The notes: generated from the sequence alone by a model not told the origin. Positions 37,865 through 50,550 are shown, counted from the first letter of the stretch. The stretch: 64,000 nucleotides of DNA from Thermoplasmata archaeon (GCA_034667725.1 JAXDQS010000002.1:81741-145740), one strand, 5' to 3'. A program made the numbers and translations.

Positions 37865-37945
37865 GGCAGGTTCTTCAGCAACGGCCTGAGGAAAACGGTT
37901 GCCAATTCGCCTTGCCGCCAGCGGAGGGCTTCGCCCCGCGGCGGG

Positions 37946-38029
37946 ACCACGGATTGCACGGATGCCACGGATCACGAAGCATGGTCAACATGCGAGTCCA
38001 TCATCCGTGCAATCCGTGTCATCCGTGGT
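37946..38029. repeat. MITE-like inverted repeat built from (CACGGATnn)x3 arms
   Basis: ACCACGGATTGCACGGATGCCACGGAT (37946-37972) versus ATCCGTGCAATCCGTGTCATCCGTGGT (38003-38029). Confidence 0.85.
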
Positions 38030-38405
38030 TTGGCAGCGGATGAAAAAGAACCAAAACCGAGCCCGCCAGACCCCCGCCCCCTCATTTCGCCTGGACTGTC
38101 GCCAATGCTGGATGGATGGTTTTTCTTCCTTCCTTTGGAGTCAACAGTCTCCGCTGGTTCGAATCCTTCTGTCAAGATAAGGTTTGGGAGAAGAACGGCG
38201 GCGAGGCGAACCCAACGGAACCAATCCGCCGAAGGAAACGCCTTCCATGCGAACCCAAGGGGTGGGGGGTGCCCAGAATCCAAGGGCCATTCATCGACTC
38301 AAGCCGGCGGGTCCACGGGCAATCGTCCAAACGCCCGTCCAAAGCCCCAGCCCGACGCCCACGGCCCTGGGTTCCTTTGACGACACGCCCAGCCTGTCCC
38401 CCATC

Positions 38406-40016
38406 CTAGCCGTGGCGCCGCTCGCCGGCCGTCCACGCCGACCGCACCTTCAGGCTCGCCGCGTCCTCCAGGTCGCCGTCCAGCACCACGAAGTCCGCCC
38501 ATTTGCCGCGCTCCAGCGACCCGATCTCCTTCTCCCAATGCAGGCTCCAGGCGCTCCACCAAGTGTAATGCCAGATGGCCTCCGCCGGCGCCATCCGTTG
38601 TGCAGGGTCATGATGGGCTTGCGCCGCCCGGATCCCCAAGAGCGGCCCCGGCGGCATCCCGTCGCTCCCGAACGCCAGGCTCACCCCAGCCTCCAGCAGC
38701 GTCCGGAACCGGTTGTTGAGCCCCACCCGCTGCGCCCCCAGCCGCTCCTCGTACATGCCGCCCTTCGAGGACCAGGCGCCGACGAAGTTGGGCTGGCTGC
38801 TTGCCACCACCCCGAGCCGGGCGGTCTCCCGCAGCTGCTCGTCGTGGTGGACCTCGTAGTGCTCGATGCGGTGCCGCAGCCTGCCGCCGTCCCCCGGCAG
38901 CCCCGCGAACCCTTCCAGCGCCTGGTCGATGGCGGCGTCCCCGATGGCGTGGGCATGGACCTGCATCCCCGCGGCGGCCGCCCGCCCGAACAGCCGGTGG
39001 ACGTCGGCGTCGCCCCAGTTCAGCGTCCCCTGCGGGTGCGGGTGCCCGACGCAGCCGTGCCGCGACCGCCCCGCCTCGCCGCCGCAGTCCGCCGCCAGCC
39101 CGGCCGGCGCGTCCAGGTAGGGAGCGCGCAGGGCCGCCGTCCGGCCGCCCAAGGACCCGTCCAGGAACACCTTCAGCCCGCCGTCGCGCAGCCAGGGGGA
39201 CCGGACCCGCCCGGTCTGGAACCCCGCCCCAATCTCGTTCTCCAACTGCTGGACGTACACGGACGACGCGACCCGCAGCCGCAGCGTCCCGGCCGCCGCC
39301 GCCCGCAACAACGCCTCGCGATAGGGGGCCTGCGAGTAGTCGCCGACCGCCGTGATGCCGAGGGCCAGCGACTTGTCGGTCGCCAGCGCCAGCGCGCGGT
39401 CCAATCCCGCAGGCGGGACGGGCAGCACCTCGTTGAGGTAGAGGCTGGCGTCCTCCAGCAGCAACCCGGTCTCGGAATCCACAAGGTCGTCCTTGTCCCA
39501 GCGGGCCCGCACCATCGGCAGCGCGGCCGACCCCGCCACCGCGACGTGCCCGCAGACGCGCCGCAGCACGATGGGCCTGGCGGCCATCCCTGCCTGGGCG
39601 GCCGCGCGGTCCACGTCGGCGCGCGTGGGGCGCTCGCGCCTGGGCCAGCCCGACTCGTCCCACAGCTCCGCGATGACGGGGTCCGTGCCGGGATGGGCCT
39701 CCAGCCAAGCCCGGACGCGGGCGAGCGCGTCCTCCTTCGAGGTGGCGGCCGACAGGTCGGGCCGGGTGGTCTTGACGCCGATGTGCAGGAAATGGGTGTG
39801 CGCGTCGACGAAGCCGGGGATCACGATGGCGTCGCCCAGGTCCTCGACCGTCCAGCCGCGGGCGGCCGCCGCCGTCCGGACCTCCTTGGCCTTCCCGACC
39901 GCCACGATGCGGCCGGCCTCCCACGCCAGGCCCTCGGCCTCGGCCCGCCAGCCGTCGGGGCCGCCGGGCATCGGGCGGACCCGGGCGAGCAGGGCACCGG
40001 AGGCGGGGCTGGGCAT
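38406..40016 (-). CDS. Amidohydrolase 3 (YtcJ-like)
   Basis: PGFVDAHTH, KVFLDGSLG, HAIGD, RIEH, GSD, GKWADFVVLD. Confidence 0.93.
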   Translation of the reverse strand: MPSPASGALLARVRPMPGGPDGWRAEAEGLAWEAGRIVAVGKAKEVRTAAAARGWTVEDLGDAIVIPGFVDAHTHFLHIGVKTTRPDLSAATSKEDALARVRAWLEAHPGTDPVIAELWDESGWPRRERPTRADVDRAAAQAGMAARPIVLRRVCGHVAVAGSAALPMVRARWDKDDLVDSETGLLLEDASLYLNEVLPVPPAGLDRALALATDKSLALGITAVGDYSQAPYREALLRAAAAGTLRLRVASSVYVQQLENEIGAGFQTGRVRSPWLRDGGLKVFLDGSLGGRTAALRAPYLDAPAGLAADCGGEAGRSRHGCVGHPHPQGTLNWGDADVHRLFGRAAAAGMQVHAHAIGDAAIDQALEGFAGLPGDGGRLRHRIEHYEVHHDEQLRETARLGVVASSQPNFVGAWSSKGGMYEERLGAQRVGLNNRFRTLLEAGVSLAFGSDGMPPGPLLGIRAAQAHHDPAQRMAPAEAIWHYTWWSAWSLHWEKEIGSLERGKWADFVVLDGDLEDAASLKVRSAWTAGERRHG

Positions 40017-40241
40017 GGCCCGCCCAACCGTCCGGGCATCATGACCCGTTCCGTTCCGCTTATGCTAGCCTCCACCCGAAACGGAGGTGTCCCGCCGGCG
40101 CGACCAGCGATCGAGGCCAACGCTGCCCAGAAACCGCCAATGCGTCCCCCCAGTTGTTTCCGCTGGAGCCCCCCAGGAGGAGTGTTACCAGCCCTGCCTT
40201 CGCGTGTTGCGCGAAATAGGAGGGGCACTTGCGTGCGCCTG

Positions 40242-40264
40242 GCCCCAATGTTACCAGTTGGGGC
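40242..40264. promoter_or_regulatory. Palindrome GCCCCAA-TGTTACCAG-TTGGGGC upstream of nrdJ, candidate operator
   Basis: 7-bp perfect arms; the 9-bp core recurs at 40183-40191. Confidence 0.4.
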
Positions 40265-40413
40265 ATAAACCCCCCCAGGTTTGTCGCGAACCCCGTGCGG
40301 CTTTGTCGCGCGGGGCCTGGCCTCACCGCTGGGATGGGATGCCATTCGGGAATGACGCGGGACGTTGGACGGACCCCCGCAGCGACCCTCTCCGTCCGCC
40401 TCAGAGGCTGTTC

Positions 40414-43695
<3,282 letters not shown>

Positions 43696-43798
43696 GCCAG
43701 TGATCCCCGCGACCTCCCACGCGGGCAGCCTCCCTCCTCCTTCTTTTCCATCCTTTTTCCCCCGCCAGCTTCAAGACGGGCCACGCCTGGGCAGGCGC

Positions 43799-44248
43799 AT
43801 GCGCTCCGTCCTTCTTGCCGCCGTCCTTGCCGCGCTCCTGTCCGGCTGCACGTCCCCCGAGCCGCCCGCCCAGCAGGACCCGGCGCCGCCCCCAGGCCCC
43901 GACCCGCTCTGGCTGCAGGACCACGAGTTCTTCCGCGCCGACTATACGGCCTCCGCGGCCGGCGACGCAGTCCTGGAGGTCGAGGTCCCCGCCAACGCCA
44001 CGGATATCCGGTATGGCGCCACCCGCATCATAGACAACCTCCTGGTGCCCGGCTTCGCGGTCGAGCTGGAAGGCTGCGGCCGTGACATGCCCGACACCAA
44101 CGACACCAGCGTCGGGATTGGCGTCTTCACAACTGGGGGCCTGCTGTGCGACGAGCTTGCGCCCGGCGTGCGCGCCTTGCGCATCACGGCGCCCATGAAG
44201 CCCGAGGTCGGCGAGGTCTTCCTCACGGCGCGGGTCCGGGTCCAGTAG
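43799..44248 (+). CDS. Putative lipoprotein
   Basis: LLSGC lipobox; TTCAAG 29 nt upstream. Confidence 0.75.
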   Translation: MRSVLLAAVLAALLSGCTSPEPPAQQDPAPPPGPDPLWLQDHEFFRADYTASAAGDAVLEVEVPANATDIRYGATRIIDNLLVPGFAVELEGCGRDMPDTNDTSVGIGVFTTGGLLCDELAPGVRALRITAPMKPEVGEVFLTARVRVQ

Positions 44249-45884
44249 GCCGGCGCCGCCGCGCCACCAGCACCGCCAGCCCCACCGCCAGGAACGCCAT
44301 GCCTGCCGCGGGGCTCGCCTGCGGCGGCGCCGTGTAGCCGACGACGTCGATGGCGTCGTCGCCGCTGTCGGCGACCCCGTCGCCGTCCAGGTCGGTCTCC
44401 TGGTCGTTGGCAACTCCGTCGCCGTCCAGGTCCGCGTCCTGGCCGTTGTCGACCCCGTCGCCGTCCAGGTCCGCGTCCTGCGCGTCCGGCGTGCCGTCCT
44501 GGTCCAGGTCGGGCGCGCTGGGGGCGACGTCGGCCGTCGCGAACAGGCCGCGGCCGCCCACTTGGCGGTAGAGGCGGGCCGCCTGGTCGCGGTAGCCGGC
44601 CTGGGCGGCGGCGTCGGTGGCGCAGGCGCCGGTGCAGCCGTCGGCGAAGCCGATGTGGACGCGGCCCTTCGAGTCGATCTTCATGTCGTTGAAGTCCAGG
44701 AGGTTGCGGCAGGTGCCGCTGGAGTCCACGACGGAGTCGAACACGCCGCCGCGCTGGACGGGGTCGTCGGAGACCCGGGCGACCGTCCAGGTCTGGCCGG
44801 CGTCGTAGCTGAAGGCGGTGTAGTAGCGCCACACCAGCTCCTCCTGCCGCTCGTCGCAGGCGTAGATCTTGTTCGAGCGCAGGTAGTCGAGGTCGGCGCC
44901 GGGGCCGCCCTCCAGCCCGAGGAAGCTCACGGCCACGCGGTCGTCGTCGCCGGCCTCGAGGTTGGTGAAGGCGCCGGCGACCACGGGCGGGTCGTGCAGG
45001 GCGCCGAGGTCGAGCCACTTGGACGGGGCGGTGTGGTTGGCGCCGAGGGTCTCCCAGGTGGCGCCTTCGTCCTTGGAGAGCGCGACGTGGACGCCGTGCT
45101 CGGAGGCCATGGCGTAGTAGAGCCAGCCGCCGGGGCGGGAGAACTGGAGGGCGGGGTCGAAGCCGTTGCTCCATTTGCCGGTGCCGGGGATCGGGTGCGA
45201 GGCCCAGGTGACGCCGCCGTCCGTGGAGGCGATGAAGCCGTGGTCGTTGCCGCAGTTGCCGACCGGGACGGCCACCATGCCGGTCGCGCGCGACACGCGG
45301 ATGTGGCCGTGGAAGCCGCCGCAGGGGCCGGGGACGTCCTGGAACGGCAGGAAGGTCTGGCCGCCGTCGACGCTGCGGGCGCAACTGATGGGGCCGCCCT
45401 GGCCGCAGTAGTAGGCCACGTGCGGATGGGTGGGCGAGGCGGGGAGGACGCCCGCGGGCGGGCCGGTGCCGATGGACTGGTGGTCGAAGTTGAGGCCCGA
45501 GCACATGTTGGCGCTTGGCGTCCAGGTCTCGCCGTCGTCGTCGCTGACCATCATCTCGCTGCACGGCCCGAGCAGGCCGCCGGCGAAAATCCGGCCGGTG
45601 TCGGGGTCGGCCCAGAGCATGGGGTCGATGTTGAGGGGCACCTGGTAGGGCGGGGTCACGTCCACCCAGGTGGGGGTGTCGCCTTCCCAGGTCGCGCGCA
45701 GCGTGGTGGCCAGGCTGTGGAAGAACACATGGTCCGTGTTCCAGGGGATGCCGATGGTGGGCTCGGGCGCGGAGTCCACGGGCACCTGGAGCTCCACGAA
45801 CTGGGCGGGGCCGGGCTCCCCGAACGCGGCGGCGACGGAGGGGGCGGCAAGCAGCAGGAGGGCCGCGGCGGCAAGGACGCGCAT
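44223..45884 (-). CDS. Secreted BNR/sialidase-like beta-propeller with DxDxDG repeats and C-terminal sorting TM
   Basis: SDDDGETW, SVDGGQTF, STDGGVTW, SKDEGATW, SYDAGQTW Asp-boxes; 13-aa DLDGDG repeats; VLVARRRR. Confidence 0.88.
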   Translation of the reverse strand: MRVLAAAALLLLAAPSVAAAFGEPGPAQFVELQVPVDSAPEPTIGIPWNTDHVFFHSLATTLRATWEGDTPTWVDVTPPYQVPLNIDPMLWADPDTGRIFAGGLLGPCSEMMVSDDDGETWTPSANMCSGLNFDHQSIGTGPPAGVLPASPTHPHVAYYCGQGGPISCARSVDGGQTFLPFQDVPGPCGGFHGHIRVSRATGMVAVPVGNCGNDHGFIASTDGGVTWASHPIPGTGKWSNGFDPALQFSRPGGWLYYAMASEHGVHVALSKDEGATWETLGANHTAPSKWLDLGALHDPPVVAGAFTNLEAGDDDRVAVSFLGLEGGPGADLDYLRSNKIYACDERQEELVWRYYTAFSYDAGQTWTVARVSDDPVQRGGVFDSVVDSSGTCRNLLDFNDMKIDSKGRVHIGFADGCTGACATDAAAQAGYRDQAARLYRQVGGRGLFATADVAPSAPDLDQDGTPDAQDADLDGDGVDNGQDADLDGDGVANDQETDLDGDGVADSGDDAIDVVGYTAPPQASPAAGMAFLAVGLAVLVARRRRPTGPGPAP

Positions 45885-46013
45885 CGCGGGGGACGGGGCA
45901 GGGACGTTCCTAAGGGTTGCGTCGGGCATGTCTCGAAGCGGCGGCCGGCTGCCGAGCCTTGCCACGCCTTGCGCGGGCAACCGTCAAGTCCTGGGCGGTC
46001 GATGACCCCACTG

Positions 46014-46550
46014 ATGGCGTCCAACGCGTCCAACCTGCCCCCGGTCTTCCTCGACGGCCAGCGCGTGTTCCTGCAAGGCGACCCCTGCCCGCCGGTGGCC
46101 AAGATCCTTGAGGCCGGCGGCAAGTCCTCGGACCAGGTCGAGGTCGTCCGCGTCAAGGGCCAGAGCGACAGCCGCGTCCTGCCGTTGCGGCTGTGGGACA
46201 CCATCGACCGGACCCGCGAGTCCTCGGAGGGCGTCCACCTCAAGTCCGTCCCCAAGCCGAGCGGGAACGTCCCCCTCCACGAGCGCTCCTCCATGCTGAT
46301 GCGGGCGCCCACGTTCGGCGCCGACTACGACGACGGCCTCCCGGAGTGGGGCTTCGGCAAGACGGGATTCCCCGGCACCCAAGGCACCCCCGGCAACGTC
46401 GCGGGCGCAAAGAAGTACCAGCAGGAGATGGAGGACGAAGGCCGTGGCCACGGTGGCCCCTTCAAGGAGACCGGCAACATCCACAAGGGCCCGACCGGGA
46501 TCGGCAAGGCCGACGTAGACGAGGTCCGCCGCAAGTCGGAGGGCAACTGA
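46014..46550 (+). CDS. Hypothetical protein with possible N-terminal ubiquitin-like fold
   Basis: Host-like codons; VFLDGQ...ILEAGGK...DTID pattern; alternative start at 46002. Confidence 0.65.
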   Translation: MASNASNLPPVFLDGQRVFLQGDPCPPVAKILEAGGKSSDQVEVVRVKGQSDSRVLPLRLWDTIDRTRESSEGVHLKSVPKPSGNVPLHERSSMLMRAPTFGADYDDGLPEWGFGKTGFPGTQGTPGNVAGAKKYQQEMEDEGRGHGGPFKETGNIHKGPTGIGKADVDEVRRKSEGN

Positions 46551-46638
46551 CTCAACCTAGGCGGTGGCAGGCGTCGGATGCGGGGCAATCATACGGGGCC
46601 TGCCACCGCTTTTTTCTTCATGCAGCCAAGGTGAACCC

Positions 46639-46944
46639 ATGATGCTGGACATCCAGAAAGCACGCGACGAGCTGGCGGGCAAGAGCATGGTCGAGATCGA
46701 GCGGGCCACCGCCCTGACCTGGGGGAGCCGTGCCGCGGCCAGCTTCCAATGCAGCCTGGAGGCCAGGTCGGTCCACGAGCGCTTCCGCTGCTTCTACGAG
46801 GGCGAGAACTACCGCCAGGAGGCCTTGGAGCACGCCGCCATGACCGAGGACCGGGGCGAGCTGGTCGGCGTCATGCACGACGAGATCGAGGCCATCCGGA
46901 AGCGGGCCCTTGCGGCGCTGGAAGGCGGCAGGGCGGCGGCTTAA
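46639..46944 (+). CDS. Hypothetical helical protein
   Basis: GGTGA RBS, ATG, typical codon usage. Confidence 0.7.
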   Translation: MMLDIQKARDELAGKSMVEIERATALTWGSRAAASFQCSLEARSVHERFRCFYEGENYRQEALEHAAMTEDRGELVGVMHDEIEAIRKRALAALEGGRAAA

Positions 46945-47032
46945 GAGGGCGGCAACCTTCGTTTCGCGTGGAACCGGGAAAACCGAAAATCCCCTGGAAG
47001 CGCCAAAAGCTTGACCGGAAACCCTGGGGTTT

Positions 47033-47293
47033 CTAACGAGAACGCTTGGGCTGCGGGCGGGTGCTGCCCTTGTGGCTGCGCTTGCCGCCCTTGCGGTAGA
47101 CCGCCTTGTTCTCGGGCTTGCCGTAGCCGGAGCCGCCCTTGAGCTCCCCGCCGCCGTGGATCGCGTTCACGGTGGCCCAGGCGCGGCCTTCGGCGTCCTT
47201 CTTCGGATAACCCTGCCCGCGCAGCGATTCCGCGATGTGGTCGGCCTGGCGGCGCTGCTTTTCGGTGTAGTGGCGCTTGTCCCCCTGCGGCAT
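47033..47293 (-). CDS. Small basic stress protein (MPxGDK..YTxKQ family, often labelled 'plasmid stabilization protein')
   Basis: MPQGDKRHYTEKQRRQADHI...RAWATVN...GGSG. Confidence 0.85.
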   Translation of the reverse strand: MPQGDKRHYTEKQRRQADHIAESLRGQGYPKKDAEGRAWATVNAIHGGGELKGGSGYGKPENKAVYRKGGKRSHKGSTRPQPKRSR

Positions 47294-47351
47294 GGCACCT
47301 GGTTTGCCGCGAACGCCGATGACGATGGCGAAACGGGCCTGGTGGGGCAGC

Positions 47352-48314
47352 CTAGCAGAAGCACGCCAGGACCCGGCTGGCCTCCAGCCCCATCTCCTCG
47401 GCCACGGCGGCGGCCATCCCGGGGTCCGGCTTGGGCGCGCGCGGCGGCGCCTGCGGCTGTGGCAGCTCGGCGATGAAGCGGTCCAGCTCCCCGAACGTCG
47501 CCTGGGTGAAGCCCGCCTCCTTGATCATGCGGTGGTAGCGCGTCGTCGCCAGCCCCTCCTCCGCCTCGCGCAGCACGACCCGCAGGTCGGGCTGGTCGCG
47601 CAGCATCTTGACCGCGGTCTTGGCGCCGAAGCCCCGCACGCCGGGGTTCCAGTCGGTGCCGCACAAGATCGCCACCGCGCGCAGCTGCTCCACCGTCAGG
47701 CCGTGGTGGCGCAGGTCGCTGAGGTGGTGCAGGAACGGCTCCGGGCTGCCGGCCTTCCGGAGCACCGTCGGGGCGCCGGCCACCAGGGCGTCGAAGTCCT
47801 CGGTGGCCACCGCCTGGGCGAAGCCGGCGTGGCACAGCGCCGTGGCGTGCCGCTCGGCGTCGTGCTCCGCACGCACGACGGCGACGCCGAGGGCCTCCAG
47901 CAGGCGGCTGCAGTCCTCGACCATCTTGCCGTCGAGGGTGGTGGTGGCGCGCAGGAACTTCTGGTGCGCCTCCTGGTCGCCGGCCGCCAAGGCCTCCTCG
48001 GCGTTGAGGGCGGCCTCGACGCGGCGGGCGATGCGCTCCTCGACGGTGGCGAGCTTGCGGGGGTGGACCTTGCCGTCCCAGACGACGATGGGCTCGGCGC
48101 CGCGCTCGCGCAGGTGGCGCACCAGGTTGAGGTAGCCGATGAGGTGCGCGACGACGCGCCCGTCGCGGTTCCGCAGCACGTCGCCGTCGCGGCCGCGGAA
48201 CGAGGTCAGGTAGCGGAAGGCGACGTTGGGGCCGTCCACCGCGATGCGCTTGCCGAGGTACCAGCCTTCCGGGACCGGGTGCTGGGGGAAAAGGTCCCGG
48301 AGGTTGACGCCCAA
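47352..48314 (-). CDS. FEN1/XPG-family flap endonuclease, divergent, no PIP box
   Basis: MGVNLRDL, IAVDG, VWDG, HDAE, TEDFD, GTDWNPGVRGFGAKTA. Confidence 0.88.
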   Translation of the reverse strand: MGVNLRDLFPQHPVPEGWYLGKRIAVDGPNVAFRYLTSFRGRDGDVLRNRDGRVVAHLIGYLNLVRHLRERGAEPIVVWDGKVHPRKLATVEERIARRVEAALNAEEALAAGDQEAHQKFLRATTTLDGKMVEDCSRLLEALGVAVVRAEHDAERHATALCHAGFAQAVATEDFDALVAGAPTVLRKAGSPEPFLHHLSDLRHHGLTVEQLRAVAILCGTDWNPGVRGFGAKTAVKMLRDQPDLRVVLREAEEGLATTRYHRMIKEAGFTQATFGELDRFIAELPQPQAPPRAPKPDPGMAAAVAEEMGLEASRVLACFC

Positions 48315-48397
48315 CGGCCAGCCCACCGCGGCGGCACGTATTGGCTTTCCCTGGCACCTGCCACCTTATGCCGCCGACCATGTTGGGCAACCGGAAA

Positions 48398-49756
48398 ATG
48401 GAACGGCCTGACCCCGTGGACCTCATGGCCTCCCAGGACAAGGCGTGGGAAGCGGAGCGGAACACCGGCGCCATCCGGCTGCTGGTCATCTGCTTCAACG
48501 TCGCCACGTGGTACCTGTTCCTGGACGGCGGCGGCATCCCGTGGCTCGCGGCCGCGATCTCGGTGGTGGCCGTGGTCTACGGCGTCGTGGTGGTCGTGGC
48601 CGAGCCCTACCGCCGCGTCCCCGTGCTGCGGGCCGCCATGTTCACGGCCGTCACCGACGCGGCGCTGATCACGCTCTGGATCCTGGCCACCGGCGTCTTC
48701 GCCTCGCCGTACTACCTCCTCTGGTACCTGTCGCTCATCGCCGTCGCGTTCCGGTTCGAGCCGAAGGTGTCGTGGCTGGCCACCTGCCTCTACAGCGTCT
48801 GCTACGTCGCCATCGTCGCGCTGGCTGGCCAGTTCGAGGACAACCTGGTCCAGCTCACCATCCGCGTCATGTACATCGCGCTGTGCGGCGCCTTGGGCGC
48901 GCTCTTGGCCCATGCCACGGCCGAGGTGTTCCGGGAGCGCGTGGACCTCACCCGCCACGTGCAGGCCGAGCGTCAGGCCCAGGCCGCCAAGGAGCTGGAG
49001 CGCCTGCGGGAGATGGACCGCTTCAAGACCGACTTCATCAACACGGCCGCCCACGAGCTCAACACCCCGCTCACCCCCATCAAGCTGCAGCTGCTGATGC
49101 TCAAGCGCCGCGTCCCGGAAGGCACCGAGGACCGCAAGGCCGTGGACATGCTCGACCGCAACCTGGAACGGCTGTCGCTGCTCGTGGGGGACATGCTCGA
49201 CGTCGCCCGCCTCCAGGCCGGCCGCCTCCGGCTCGAGCCCAAGGCCACCGACCTCGCCAAGCTCCTGGTGGAGGCCTGCGACACCTTCGCCGACTCCGCC
49301 TACGCCCGCCATGTCACCTTGGACCTGGACGCCCAGGGCCCGCTCTTGGCCCAAGTCGACGGCAAGCGCATCACCCAGGTCGTCTACAACCTCGTCTCCA
49401 ACGCCCTCAAGTTCACCCCCGCCGACGGCCGCGTCACGGTGCGCGGCAAGAACGACGGCGGCCAGGTCCGCATCACGGTCACCGACACCGGCGTCGGCCT
49501 CGCGCCCGACCAGGCCGCCCAGCTGTTCCGCCCGTTCACCCAGCTGCACCGCCACCAGATCCAAGCCCCCGGCACGGGCCTCGGCCTCTACATCAGCGCC
49601 GGCATCGTCGAGCGGCACGGCGGCACCATCTCGTGCACCAGCCCAGGCGTCGGCCAAGGCGCGACCTTCACCGTCCTGCTGCCCGCCGCGGGCACGCCGC
49701 CGCCCGAGCCGCCGGCGCCTTCTGGAGCGCCGCGCGATGTCGCGGGCTTCATGTAG
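48398..49756 (+). CDS. Membrane sensor histidine kinase
   Basis: ~6 TM; AHELNTPL H-box, NLVSNALKFT, DTGVG, GTGLGL. Confidence 0.93.
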   Translation: MERPDPVDLMASQDKAWEAERNTGAIRLLVICFNVATWYLFLDGGGIPWLAAAISVVAVVYGVVVVVAEPYRRVPVLRAAMFTAVTDAALITLWILATGVFASPYYLLWYLSLIAVAFRFEPKVSWLATCLYSVCYVAIVALAGQFEDNLVQLTIRVMYIALCGALGALLAHATAEVFRERVDLTRHVQAERQAQAAKELERLREMDRFKTDFINTAAHELNTPLTPIKLQLLMLKRRVPEGTEDRKAVDMLDRNLERLSLLVGDMLDVARLQAGRLRLEPKATDLAKLLVEACDTFADSAYARHVTLDLDAQGPLLAQVDGKRITQVVYNLVSNALKFTPADGRVTVRGKNDGGQVRITVTDTGVGLAPDQAAQLFRPFTQLHRHQIQAPGTGLGLYISAGIVERHGGTISCTSPGVGQGATFTVLLPAAGTPPPEPPAPSGAPRDVAGFM

Positions 49757-49776
49757 CGCGGGAAATTGGCCCGCTC

Positions 49777-50550
49777 ATGGACTTCGGGCAGGCGCGCGTC
49801 CTTGTCACCGGCGCAACGGCCGGCATCGGCGCCGCCACGGCGGAGGCGTTCTGCCGCGCCGGCTGCAAGGAAATCATCGTCACGGGCCGCCGCGAGGAGC
49901 TGCTGAAGGAGCGCGCCAAGGGCTGGAGCGACCAGTACGGCACCGACGTCGCCGCCATGGTGCTCGACGTCCGCAGCCGCCCCGACATCGAGGCCATCGC
50001 CGAGCAGCACGCCAGCCTGTTCGACGTGGAGATCCTCGTCAACAACGCCGGCCTTGCCCGCGGCGTCGAGCCCATGCCCGACGGCATCCTCGACGACTGG
50101 GAGGAGATGGTCGAGACCAACGTGCTCGGCCTGCTCTACATGACCCGCCACGTCGTCCCGCACATGCTGCGCCGCGGCAAGGGCCACGTCGTCAACCTCG
50201 GCTCGGTCGCCGGCCGCTGGACCTACCCGGGCGGCGGCGTCTACTGCGCCACCAAGGCCGCCGTCACCTCGCTCTCCGAAGGCCTGCGGATGGACATGCT
50301 GGGCAAGAACATCCGCGTCACCAACATCGAGCCGGGCATCGTGGAGACCGAGTTCAGCATGGTCCGGCACAAGGGGGACGCCGAGCGCGCCCGCCGCGTC
50401 TACGCCGACACCCGCCCCCTCAAGCCCGAGGACGTCGCCGACACCATCCTATGGTGCTGCAGCCGGCCCCCGCACGTCAACATCCAGGAGATGGTGCTCT
50501 ACCCGACCGACCAGGCGCACGTCGGCCAAATCCACCGCGCCCCCCAGTAG
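49777..50550 (+). CDS. SDR oxidoreductase (YdfG-like)
   Basis: TGATAGIG, NNAG, YCATK, EPGIVETEFS. Confidence 0.93.
   Translation: MDFGQARVLVTGATAGIGAATAEAFCRAGCKEIIVTGRREELLKERAKGWSDQYGTDVAAMVLDVRSRPDIEAIAEQHASLFDVEILVNNAGLARGVEPMPDGILDDWEEMVETNVLGLLYMTRHVVPHMLRRGKGHVVNLGSVAGRWTYPGGGVYCATKAAVTSLSEGLRMDMLGKNIRVTNIEPGIVETEFSMVRHKGDAERARRVYADTRPLKPEDVADTILWCCSRPPHVNIQEMVLYPTDQAHVGQIHRAPQ

Noticed and set aside
38100-38175. GGTTCGAATCC tRNA T-loop motif at 38156-38166
   Set aside because: Only 2 bp of T-stem pair, and no acceptor, D or anticodon arms can be folded.
40017-40413. Cobalamin riboswitch before nrdJ, or ORF start at 40087
   Set aside because: No recognisable B12-box; the upstream in-frame extension is not protein-like.
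44350-44510. 39-bp periodic repeats (similar ones at 17450-17910) as a CRISPR array
   Set aside because: They are in-frame DxDxDG/TSP3 coding repeats with no unique spacers and no cas genes.
47033-47293. Plasmid origin suggested by the 'plasmid stabilization protein' family label
   Set aside because: The context is chromosomal core genes, with no rep or par genes.
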